Below, piece by piece: positions 49,530 through 61,600 of a stretch of 64,000 nucleotides of DNA. The notes under the pieces were generated by a model that saw nothing but the letters and a program-made list of their open reading frames with translations, had not been told where the DNA came from and did no database searches. The stretch is from Macrostomum lignano (lineage: Eukaryota). Where the stretch lies: positions 1,178,001 through 1,242,000 of the forward strand of contig NIVC01000012.1 in the NCBI GenBank assembly GCA_002269645.1. Direction: 5' to 3'. Position 1 is the first letter of the stretch; each line of letters starts with the position of its first letter. The translations under genes were made by a program, and so were the position numbers.

Positions 49530-50138
49530 GCTATCCGTGCAGGCAGTCAGTCTATTTGTGAATTTTCTGGTGGATCTGAAGAAAACCCGTCCGGCACAGG
49601 ATTAAAGAGAAAGAGACGATCTGTTTTGGGTGAGTATTATCTGCTGTAGAAGTATTGTACACCAGAGTACTTGTGTTACTTGGTAGAGCACAATTCAAAA
49701 GCAATGCAACAATCTCAGTGGCATTGTTGGGACACAAGCTACAAACGCAATGAATAGTAAACACAGCCCAGCCTAGCTCAAGGCTAGTAATTTGTTGGGC
49801 ATTTATTGGGACATTGCAGCCAGGCCTATTTTTTGAACAGCATTTGTTGGGTCGCACTTATTGGGACAATACTGATTCTAATCGCGACTACTTCTGAGTT
49901 CTGACTTTTCAAAACAGACCCAGCATTAGTTGAACACGTTCTATTAAAGGGTTCCTTTATAGCCTATTAATGATTACTAAGGCAAGCCTATCTTAATTGA
50001 TTTCTTTTCCTCGCAGATTCTGAAGTCAGCCACGCCAGCGACATGCCTAAGAGACAAGAATGCGCTTTAACGATCAGCAGCGAGCATTCTGATCTCACCG
50101 CTGCATCCGTCATTTGGTTCACTTGCTGCTCACAAGCC

Positions 50139-50171
<33 letters not shown>

Positions 50172-51138
50172 GCTATCCGTGCAGGCAGTCAGTCTATTTG
50201 TGAATTTTCTGGTGGATCTGAAGAAAACCCGTCCGGCACAGGATTAAAGAGAAAGAGACGATCTGTTTTGGGTGAGTATTATCTGCTGTAGAAGTATTGT
50301 ACACCAGAGTACTTGTGTTACTTGGTAGAGCACAATTCAAAAGCAATGCAACAATCTCAGTGGCATTGTTGGGACACAAGCTACAAACGCAATGAATAGT
50401 AAACACAGCCCAGCCTAGCTCAAGGCTAGTAATTTGTTGGGCATTTATTGGGACATTGCAGCCAGGCCTATTTTTTGAACAGCATTTGTTGGGTCGCACT
50501 TATTGGGACAATACTGATTCTAATCGCGACTACTTCTGAGTTCTGACTTTTCAAAACAGACCCAGCATTAGTTGAACACGTTCTATTAAAGGGTTCCTTT
50601 ATAGCCTATTAATGATTACTAAGGCAAGCCTATCTTAATTGATTTCTTTTCCTCGCAGATTCTGAAGTCAGCCACGCCAGCAACATGCCTAAGAGACAAG
50701 AATGCGCTTTAACGATCAGCAGCGAGCATTCTGATCTCACCGCTGCATCCGTCATTTGGTTCACTTGCTGCTCACAAGCCGCAGCAGCAGCAGCAGCAGC
50801 AGCAGCAGCCGCTATCCGTGCAGGCAGTCAGTCTATTTGTGAATTTTCTGGTGGATCTGAAGAAAACCCGTCCGGCACAGGATTAAAGAGAAAGAGACGA
50901 TCTGTTTTGGGTGAGTATTATCTGCTGTAGAAGTATTGTACACCAGAGTACTTGTGTTACTTGGTAGAGCACAATTCAAAAGCAATGCAACAATCTCAGT
51001 GGCATTGTTGGGACACAAGCTACAAACGCAATGAATAGTAAACACAGCCCAGCCTAGCTCAAGGCTAGTAATTTGTTGGGCATTTATTGGGACATTGCAG
51101 CCAGGCCTATTTTTTGAACAGCATTTGTTGGGTCGCAC

Positions 51139-53183
51139 CACAGATACTATAAACACTAGATAGGCCACTCCAGCTAATTTTCACAACACGACAGTTTACT
51201 CTACTTTCTGCTTAGTAGTAGTAAAAACATTTTAGCGTTATTTATATTTTTTTAAAATAAAAAAACAGATGAATGCAATGCAGCAATTGTATTGATTTTT
51301 TGCAAAAAGAAACTTATAATTATACTTTCCACAATTCAAAGCAACATTGTGAATGCTTTAGATTGCATAGAAGGCTATATTATTGCAGTCTACTATTGTA
51401 TATTTAGCAAATACGAGCTATATCATATACTCCATAATCCATATTCGTGAAGCAAAATAGAAAGATTTCTCATCTTAATCAGCTCATCTGTTTGTGAAAC
51501 TCGCAGCGTGCTGTCGAAGAACAGGGTCGCCAGTCGCCCTTGTTCAGAGGCAGCATTCAGAACGGCCCAACAGATGAAAAAAACTGGCGAATGCGCCACT
51601 TCAAGGTCCAGGGATGTATCCGATGGAGCCAATCCTCAGTGGTTTCGTAACAGGCAGCCGATAAGCAGCAGGACTTTTGTGGTGCAGCTGCAATGAGCTG
51701 CTGATGAGATGACATCCTTTGACCAGAGCACCCCTGACTGCGAGCGCCCTGCCGCCCAGTCGACCGCTGGAAGCTGCGCTAGCCACGCCTCCACAGTCCA
51801 TGGATGCACGACTGCGCTGCACTTGCCTTGACCATCGAGAGTTGCCGCTGCAGCCGCTTGATTTGCCTGTCGCTTTCGGGATTGCCGCTGCAGCCGCTTG
51901 ATTTGCCTGTCGCTTTCGGGATTGCCGCTGCAGCCGCTTGATTTGCCTGTCGCTTTCGGGATTGCCGCTGCAGCCGCTTGATTTGCCTGTCGCTTTCGGG
52001 ATTGCCGCTGCAGCCGCTTGATTTGCCTGTCGCTTTCGGGATTGCCGCTGCAGCCGCTTGATTCGCCTGTCACTTTCGGGATCGTTGCTGCAGCCGCTTG
52101 ATCTTTGCCTCTAGCGCTTGGAACCCGCGAATCGGCTGCAGAGGTGAGAGCTTTCAGCCGCAACAGCTGTTCTCGGCGCAGAATCTGGTAGCCGAAGGTT
52201 GCTCTGCCACAGCACTGGCAGCAGGCAAGTCGCAGGCTCGGCTGCAGATAGATTGCTAATTGGCCCCAGCACTGGAGGGTACATGTCGTCTGCCTCTTCA
52301 TCGTTTATCAGTCCTTTGCACAGAGGGTAGCTGGTCTATTTGAACGAGCCGAGGCAGCATCAACTCTTGGTGTGGGATTGCGTCCCAGCGAAAACAGATG
52401 TCTTGCACATCCGTGGCACTTTGTAAGGCAGCAGTAGGCCTCGTCCATAAAGTGCAAGCTGAACACACGGAGGCCCCGTGATTTAATTGTTTATAAAGAT
52501 CAATATCCACGCTCCTGTAGTAGCTGCTGCCAGCGCTTCGCCAGTGTCATCTTTTGGTAATTTATGCATTCGCAACGGATTTTTCTTTCTCGGATGTTAA
52601 TAGCACTAGTACAAAGCTCGTGCAAGTGGGAGCACAGCAGTGGTTCGAATCAAAACATTTCTCGAGTACAAGATTAGATAGAAAAGCTAGTATGCACTCG
52701 AACTTTCTTTAACTCTGACTCTTGTCCTGTTCATCTATATAAGCTTGTATTTAAGCACGATTCGCCACCCCCAAATTTTCTAACCCACAACCTCTCAACC
52801 CCCACCCCACCCCTAACCCAGGCTAGCTATGTGCAGTCCTTTATTTTCTATCCCACCACCAGTAGGCCTAAATTATCGATCCACTCACCCTGCCTTATAC
52901 GAAACTGATATTAACCCTATTCCAGACTACCCCCCTTCCTCCACTTTGAAAGATAGCGGCATTGCACACTGTCTGTCGCGTCTTAATGTACACCATTACT
53001 GCACAAAACAAGTTAGTTGTTTATGGCGTTAGCAAAACGATGTCTTAAAAACAGTCACTCGATTTGTCTAATTTAGCAAATAATACTGTTGCTTCCTTTC
53101 ATTGCTACTAAGCAGAAAGTAGAATAAAAAACTTGCCCAGAAAATTAGCCTGAGTGGCCTATCTAGTGTTTATAGTATCTGTG
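51139..53183 (-). mobile_element. Internally deleted P-superfamily DNA transposon (2045 bp) with a degenerate THAP domain
   Basis: 8-bp TSD ggtcgcac (51131-38, 53184-91). TIR begins CACAG (CANRG type), perfect for 32 bp and imperfect to ~100 bp. Minus-strand frameshifted THAP remnants (CCAPTC, HKLPKD, RW, VCS-LHF, DAIP) and P-transposase-like pieces (GVLWSKD, SPAAYRL, LFFD). Confidence 0.85.
51844..52103. repeat. 40-bp tandem repeat (~6.5 copies) inside the P-like element
   Basis: gccgctgcagccgcttgatttgcctgtcgctttcgggatt at 51844, 51884, 51924, 51964, 52004, 52044. Confidence 0.95.
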
Positions 53184-54114
53184 GGTCGCACTTATTGGGA
53201 CAATACTGATTCTAATCGCGACTACTTCTGAGTTCTGACTTTTCAAAACAGACCCAGCATTAGTTGAACACGTTCTATTAAAGGGTTCCTTTATAGCCTA
53301 TTAATGATTACTAAGGCAAGCCTATCTTAATTGATTTCTTTTCCTCGCAGATTCTGAAGTCAGCCACGCCAGCGACATGCCTAAGAGACAAGAATGCGCT
53401 TTAACGATCAGCAGCGAGCATTCTGATCTCACCGCTGCATCCGTCATTTGGTTCACTTGCTGCTCACAAGCCGCAGCCGCAGCAGCAGCAGCAGCAGCAG
53501 CAGCCGCTATCCGTGCAGGCAGTCAGTCTATTTGTGAATTTTCTGGTGGATCTGAAGAAAACCCGTCCGGCACAGGATTAAAGAGAAAGAGACGATCTGT
53601 TTTGGGTGAGTATTATCTGCTGTAGAAGTATTGTACACCAGAGTACTTGTGTTACTTGGTAGAGCACAATTCAAAAGCAATGCAACAATCTCAGTGGCAT
53701 TGTTGGGACACAAGCTACAAACGCAATGAATAGTAAACACAGCCCAGCCTAGCTCAAGGCTAGTAATTTGTTGGGCATTTATTGGGACATTGCAGCCAGG
53801 CCTATTTTTTGAACAGCATTTGTTGGGTCGCACTTATTGGGACAATACTGATTCTAATCGCGACTACTTCTGAGTTCTGACTTTTCAAAACAGACCCAGC
53901 ATTAGTTGAACACGTTCTATTAAAGGGTTCCTTTATAGCCTATTAATGATTACTAAGGCAAGCCTATCTTAATTGATTTCTTTTCCTCGCAGATTCTGAA
54001 GTCAGCCACGCCAGCGACATGCCTAAGAGACAAGAATGCGCTTTAACGATCAGCAGCGAGCATTCTGATCTCACCGCTGCATCCGTCATTTGGTTCACTT
54101 GCTGCTCACAAGCC

Positions 54115-54147
<33 letters not shown>

Positions 54148-54756
54148 GCTATCCGTGCAGGCAGTCAGTCTATTTGTGAATTTTCTGGTGGATCTGAAGA
54201 AAACCCGTCCGGCACAGGATTAAAGAGAAAGAGACGATCTGTTTTGGGTGAGTATTATCTGCTGTAGAAGTATTGTACACCAGAGTACTTGTGTTACTTG
54301 GTAGAGCACAATTCAAAAGCAATGCAACAATCTCAGTGGCATTGTTGGGACACAAGCTACAAACGCAATGAATAGTAAACACAGCCCAGCCTAGCTCAAG
54401 GCTAGTAATTTGTTGGGCATTTATTGGGACATTGCAGCCAGGCCTATTTTTTGAACAGCATTTGTTGGGTCGCACTTATTGGGACAATACTGATTCTAAT
54501 CGCGACTACTTCTGAGTTCTGACTTTTCAAAACAGACCCAGCATTAGTTGAACACGTTCTATTAAAGGGTTCCTTTATAGCCTATTAATGATTACTAAGG
54601 CAAGCCTATCTTAATTGATTTCTTTTCCTCGCAGATTCTGAAGTCAGCCACGCCAGCGACATGCCTAAGAGACAAGAATGCGCTTTAACGATCAGCAGCG
54701 AGCATTCTGATCTCACCGCTGCATCCGTCATTTGGTTCACTTGCTGCTCACAAGCC

Positions 54757-54792
<36 letters not shown>

Positions 54793-55643
54793 GCTATCCG
54801 TGCAGGCAGTCAGTCTATTTGTGAATTTTCTGGTGGATCTGAAGAAAACCCGTCCGGCACAGGATTAAAGAGAAAGAGACGATCTGTTTTGGGTGAGTAT
54901 TATCTGCTGTAGAAGTATTGTACACCAGAGTACTTGTGTTACTTGGTAGAGCACAATTCAAAAGCAATGCAACAATCTCAGTGGCATTGTTGGGACACAA
55001 GCTACAAACGCAATGAATAGTAAACACAGCCCAGCCTAGCTCAAGGCTAGTAATTTGTTGGGCATTTATTGGGACATTGCAGCCAGGCCTATTTTTTGAA
55101 CAGCATTTGTTGGGTCGCACTTATTGGGACAATACTGATTCTAATCGCGACTACTTCTGAGTTCTGACTTTTCAAAACAGACCCAGCATTAGTTGAACAC
55201 GTTCTATTAAAGGGTTCCTTTATAGCCTATTAATGATTACTAAGGCAAGCCTATCTTAATTGATTTCTTTTCCTCGCAGATTCTGAAGTCAGCCACGCCA
55301 GCGACATGCCTAAGAGACAAGAATGCGCTTTAACGATCAGCAGCGAGCATTCTGATCTCGCCGCTGCATCCGTCATTTGGTTCACTTGCTGCTCACAAGC
55401 CGCAGCAGCAGCAGCAGCAGCAGCCGCTATCTGTGCAGCAGTCAGTTAATTCATGAGTTTTCTGGCGGAGCTGGATATTTTTTAATTTTCTGAATTGAGA
55501 AGCCGATTAACTGTTGTGTGCTTCACTGGAATATTATTTAGAGGACGCATTTTTTGCAGTCTGTTTCTAATAAAACCGGTGCAATGACCGCGGTAGAGCT
55601 CTAGCATTTGCTTTTTATAGTATTTGTGTATATTCTTTTTCAA

Positions 55644-55978
55644 GCTATGCTGGAATTGTTGGGACAGCCCTATCCACACTGGCTATGGTGGAATTGTTGG
55701 GACAGCCCCATCCACACTGGCTATGGTGGAATTGTTGGGACAGCCCTATCCACACTGGCTATGGTGGAATTGTTGGGACAGCCCCATCCACACTGGCTAT
55801 GGTGGAATTGTTGGGACAGCCCCATCCGCACTGGCTATGGTGGAATTGTTGGGACAGCCCCATCCACACTGGCTATGCTGGAATTGTTGGGACAGCCCTA
55901 TCCACACTGGCTATGGTGGAATTGTTGGGACAGCCCTATCCACACTGGCTATGCTGGAATTGTTGGGACAGCCCTATA
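55644..55978. repeat. 38-bp minisatellite (gctatggtggaattgttgggacagccccatccacactg), ~9 copies
   Basis: Tandem units; source of the WWNCWDSP pseudo-ORFs. Confidence 0.96.
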
Positions 55979-56599
55979 CTATAGTGTGTGCTGGCTTCTG
56001 CTATAGTGTGGTTCATTTCCGCATCCTTTTACGTAGCATTCTGTGGGTCCGAATAGCTGACATGTACGAGCTACCTTTTGAGTAATTCTAGTGATTGTGT
56101 CATAATCAATAAAGTACATTTTTATGAACAGTGGAGTTTCGCTACAGAATTGTTTTTTTCCCAGTGGCACTAAATGTAGCAAATTTTGTTTATTCAGATC
56201 GTAAAATTTTTTTGATATGTGTCAATGTCGTTTGTTTTCGATAACCTTAAAGTCCCTTGCCATTTACCATCCTGTCTTCTATAATCTATGATCGCTGAAA
56301 TTATCCTGTGAAATTTGACGCGCTGATATTATTGCCTTAAGTGGAATTCAGCAAGACACCAGGGTTTTTTAATTCTGTTTTAGACAAGTATACATGTACA
56401 ATCTGTTGTGAGTTCAATGCACCTCGAAAAATGCTTTCCAACTGTTTTCAGTAAGCCAAAAGCATGTTGTCAATAAAAATCGATTTGGTGGGTTGAAAAT
56501 TGCCTGTGTGGGGACGTGTGTGTGTGTGATTTTTCGTGTGTCGGAGCAGTCCCAATATGTGCAAGCTTTTGCACACTTGGCCAATAAGTGCCTCGTGCA

Positions 56600-56644
<45 letters not shown>

Positions 56645-58652
56645 TATGTCCGAGGTTTGTTTTTGTTTTAATTTTTTGTCAAAAACGTTTTTCAGAATGC
56701 TACCAAAGACTTCTGAAAGCTTAGTTCCAGAAAAAACTCCTGTTTTGCTGTCTTCTGAGTGTACTTTTTCAAGTCGAGTTTCTTCAACCGAGTTTTGTCT
56801 CTGTTTAAAACCATTTCTAAGTATGAAAAAGCTAAAATAGGTTTAGTAAACACGACTCTATTTTGCTTTTTGTCCCACTTCAATACACTTTGTCGAGAGT
56901 TATATTTGTCAGCTTGTAGATTTATATCGGACAAAATACCGAAAATGACATATTGCCAATTACTTTTAGAGCTAAAAATGAAAGATTTCTATCTCGCTAG
57001 TGACTTTGCAGCGACGAGAGGGCAGATCAGTTTTGCAGTAAACGCGTCTGAACGCCAGGGCCCCGGTTCGATTCACGAAATGTGCACGAAAATTGACCGG
57101 TGGCCTGTCGGGCGGATTCATACCCCAGCTGAGGCCTGAGCCCCGAAACACAGAGAATGCCCGATGATTAGAAAGTCAGGGTCCCTGTGTGAGCGTGCAG
57201 TGCATAAGTTTTAGAGCTTGCGTATAGTATTGGTGCTCTTGTATGTGTTCAGGAGTCAGCGAAATGGGGAGAACAGACGATTTCGCAGAAGTCTAGGTGT
57301 CTTCAGCCCTCCTGTGAATACTTTATTTATAGTAGCAAAAAGCGACATGATGCAATTTTGCACGTTTTTCGAGCGCGATCATTTGTTTTTTGGAATGAAT
57401 TTTTTGATAGATACGCTATTTTACTCACCATTCGCTTATTAACGGCAGTTTCCGCAAATATCAACATATTTTTAGTCTTACTATTTATTTTTCACAATCA
57501 CATCATTGTGTTGTTTAACTTCATACTTTGGTAAAAACACAGGTATGCGTGAGAAGTGAAGTTTGTCGGTATATAATCAACTTTGCTTACATGGATACCG
57601 TAGTAAAAAGAATTTACGAGTAACACGAAGCAGTAAATTTCAGGACAACCATTCAAATTTAACGTCTCCAGCTGACAAGCATATAGAATCATTCGGCTGA
57701 TTCCGGCGCCCAGTGCTCGGTCTTCGGTCCCAGCCCTAGCCCCAAGGCGCACCCTTGAGAAGCTGCCGTATTTTGTTTTCATACTATCACAGTCTTGTTT
57801 GCTATCAGATCTCATATATAGCTAGGTTTTTGAATTCGAGGCTTAAATTTTTAAATAAACAAAATGTTATACAAGTGCCTATAAAGGCTCATTGTCCCGT
57901 ACAGCAATCCGACTTCACCGAAGCAGTTCTAATGAAGCAGTTGGTAGTATACTAATATTATTGTAAATTTCGTTCCAAAGACCTCCGAAAAAGGATATAA
58001 AAATTTCAAATAGAGCATAGTAAAGTTACAAAGTCAAATGTTAATTGTGTTCTTTTCAATTTAAATTCAGTACACAAAGTAACTAGTAAAAGTATTTAAC
58101 GTACTTGCAGCTTTTATATTTCTGCATATTCGTCATTTTTTGCGCATATCAGTAAAACAATAATTGGCTAAATATTATTACTTGGCACATGGGATAAATA
58201 ATCTTATTGAAATTTTCTTATCAGTGAGTTTTTAAATTAGTGGAACGCTTGAATCGTACGGCAAAAATTATGCTAAAAATACTAAAGCAAACAATAGACA
58301 ATCGTTTTCAAAAAGTGTTTAGATCACAGCAAACAATTAGGTTAAAGAAAGTAATATCCTCATATTGAATAAAAAGTATTTTATTTGTAGTTTGAAATTT
58401 GCCTTCGAAAAGCCTGAAGCTTTTGTTTCAGTAATTTTGTTTCCTCTTTAAAAAGCAGCAAAAGCTTGACTTTTGCGTTAATGTTTATGAAAAATTCAAA
58501 CTTCAGACTTTTCAAAAATATTTTGTCTATGGTTGGTAAAAGTACAACTATATGTAATATTTGGGTTGTTGCGCATCACACATAAAAGAGTTGCTAGTTG
58601 TAACAATCCCGTAGTTCAATTAATCTCAATATTTTGTTTTCCAATTGGATAG

Positions 58653-61600
58653 TTAACCGGCATAGCTGAAGCCAAGAAGAGCGCGCCTATTCTTCTTCTT
58701 CTTGTGCTTGATTACCTTTTTGTGTTTGATCACCTTCTTTGGCTTAACGACCTTGACGACCTTCTTTGGTTTTTTTACCTTGAGTCGAAGCATCCAGTGC
58801 TTCCAGCGTTTCAAGTAGCTCAAACAGTCGTTGCAGCTGACCTGACCCATAAGCTTCACGCTATGTAAGCACTTTGATCGTCTGGCAGTGAATGTGATCT
58901 GGTACAGGTTCCTGTGACTGCGAACGCATTTGCATCCAAGGACCAGCTTCTTCTGTACGCCGTGACGGCAATCTGAAAATAATGAATTTTTAGCTTAAAA
59001 TTAGTCAAATATTTATAAACAAGTAGCACAAAAACATGTTTCACTGGCATCTAGATAGTCATAGCTAACCTGGAAGGCAGTCGAAATACGCAACAGCTGT
59101 TGACCTGGTGATGCACGTGAACCGCCCGGTTGCTGACTTGACCCGCCTGCTCGATACAAACAACAGTCGACGCACTCCATGGAAGCAAGTGGAGACAACG
59201 TAATAGCTACGACTGCATCGAGGCGGCTCCGGGCACCGGATGCGACGGAGCACGACGCTCTTAGCACGGCAAACTCCACGGACGCGAATGTAAACGGTCT
59301 TGATGACTTTGCGGAAACCTTTGCGACAAGTCTTCTGGATGACAGTTCGACCGCGTTTGCAGGCTGAAACAAAATTTCATAAAAATAATATATTTTGGTA
59401 GAAAAATCGCAAAATCGAAACAAGTTAAAATAGAATTTCTAGCTAAACTTACGACAAGGGATTTTCTTCACAATACGCTTGCGGTAAACTCGGCATTCGC
59501 CTTTCTTGAACTTTGACAATATCTCAATTATTTTCCTATAGGCCGAACGCTTCGAGCACGGCAAAACTCTTCTGCGAGGACGGCAAACGACTGGAGCGAC
59601 GCAAGGCACGCGGGAAACAACTACATGCCTAACGCAGCGGAGAACGCAGATTGACTTGCGGCATGATTTCTTCACAGAATATGTGGTCGTGCGCTTTTCA
59701 CGGAATTCTCTAGAACCAACGCATGAGATCTTGACGACCTTTGGCTTCTTGCAGTCAACAGGACACGGAACGTGTTTAACAATCTTGTGCTTTCTACATT
59801 TCGGGTATCTGCCAGAAAACCATATTGTTGTAATAGACCGGTAGCGCCTTTTTCCGCCGCACTTACTAACATGTTTAATCTTCTTTTTCATACAGCGACG
59901 CGGGACACCACATGGAACCGCAGCACGTGTTACACGTCGGATGCACTTTTGCCGGCATACAGGGCGACGACCCTTGCTGCAAGATATCTTAGCCACGTAG
60001 AAAACAGTCGTCGTTACCCGATTTATCACACCTTTCCTGCACCCCCTCACAATCTTCTTCGACTTTGGACAAGGAACCGGGGCTGAAAAAAAGGCCAAAT
60101 TATGTATGGCTTTTAACAAACAAGTAAACAACTAACAAAAAGTAAACGTTTATAAAATGTACTTACGACAAGGAAGCTTCTTGGTTATCTTGGACTTATA
60201 GGACACACAGCGACCACGAACTGCCCGGTAATAAACCCTAACAACGTATTGATACGCAGAGTGCTTCCTACACTTGCGAAGGACTTTCTTGTTAAAGCAT
60301 TTAACAGGAGGACACTTTTTCTTGGTGACAGTCTGCTTCCTAATGCACTTGCCGCCGCGATCGATAAACACCACCTTGGTAAGCTTCCTGTAGCCCTTGC
60401 GGCACTTCTTGTCCAGGAGCAGCAGAGGCTTCCTGTTGCACTTGCACTTAATGATGGACACCTGGACTTTCTTCTTGTGACACACCCAGCCGGTTTTGTA
60501 CTTGCGCGACTCGTAGAAGTTCAGGAAGGTCTGCGTGCGTCCAGCCTTGCACTTGCTGCCGACCGTCGTCTTGTGGTAGTGAATCTGGTGGGACGAGCAG
60601 CCAGAGCAGCGGACGCGACGCACGGATTTTCGTCGCCAGACACAGCGTCCGTGGACCCGAGTGCGGTACTTCGTTGTGATGGTTCGGAAGTTGTGCACAC
60701 ACTTGGTGGTGTGGTAGGATAGCTGGTATCGGCACTTGCGCTTCTTGCACGGCTTCCTGGCTGACCGCTTGTGCTTCTTCACGCACACAATCTTGCAGCG
60801 GCGCGCTTTTCCAGACTTCAAAGCACCTGAGAAACAGTTGTGCATTCGTTTAAAGTAAGGTATGCTTGTAAACCATTGCGAACTAAAATAATTGGTTGCA
60901 AAACGTTTTAGGCATTGGGACTTACGGTGACACACTCGCTTCTTCACGTAGTAATAGGTGATGATGTACGAGTGTGAGTTCTTCTTCGAGCATCGGACGT
61001 GCACCTTGCGCGGCTTCCTGCAGCGATGTGGCGGCTTCGGACACAACACGCGAGAGTGGATCAGCTTGCGGATGCAGTGCAGTGTGCAGATACGGCCGCT
61101 GCACCTCTTCTTAACGGTGGAAGTCGCGATCGTGAGAGTCCGGTACTTCCTGCCCTTGCCGCACGAAGTTCGCTTGATGGTCTTGGACCTCTTCGGGCAA
61201 ACCACTGGGCACGGATAGTGCTTGACGGTCCTGTGCTTCCTGCACTTCTTTCCGACTCGTGTATTCCAGGTAGTGATGACGGATCGGTAGCGCCTCTTAC
61301 CGCCGCACTTGGTAAGCTTGACCTTCTTGGCCTCGTCGCACACGATGTGAAAGCACGGGACACCAGACTTGGTCACTCGCTTTGTGCACACCTGTCGGCA
61401 TACGATCGGCTTCTTCTTGCTGCACACAATCTTACCAGAGTAGAAAATCGTAGTGGTGACCTTGTGCCTGACTCCCTTTGTGCACTTCGTTTTGGTTACT
61501 CTCGTCTTCGGGCACTTGCGAGGTGCTAAAATATTAATTCAATAAGCAGATATAAACCCTGGTTTTGAAACTTCTATTTTGACGAGTAGATTAGCTACCC

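Larger units (their letters stand above)
39876..55450 (+). repeat. Tandem array of 14 units of 642 bp (two 753-bp-type variants), each resembling a 255-nt exon plus a 387-nt intron; interrupted by a LINE and a P-like element
   Basis: Unit (exon) starts at 39876 (variant), 40565, 41207, 41849, 42491, 43244, 48733, 49375, 50017, 50659, 53351, 53993, 54635, 55280 (diverged, truncated). Each has a (GCA)n tract, an acceptor ttcttttcctcgcag and a donor TGG|gtgagt. Confidence 0.97.

Noticed and set aside
40742-55120. Repeated 101-aa minus-strand ORF (MRPNKCCSKN...) in each array unit
   Set aside because: Begins at a non-ATG codon, lies antisense over the intron-like part, and recurs only because the unit is repeated.
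57030-57085. ggttcgattc B-box suggesting a tRNA
   Set aside because: No cloverleaf or clear A-box; at most a SINE remnant.
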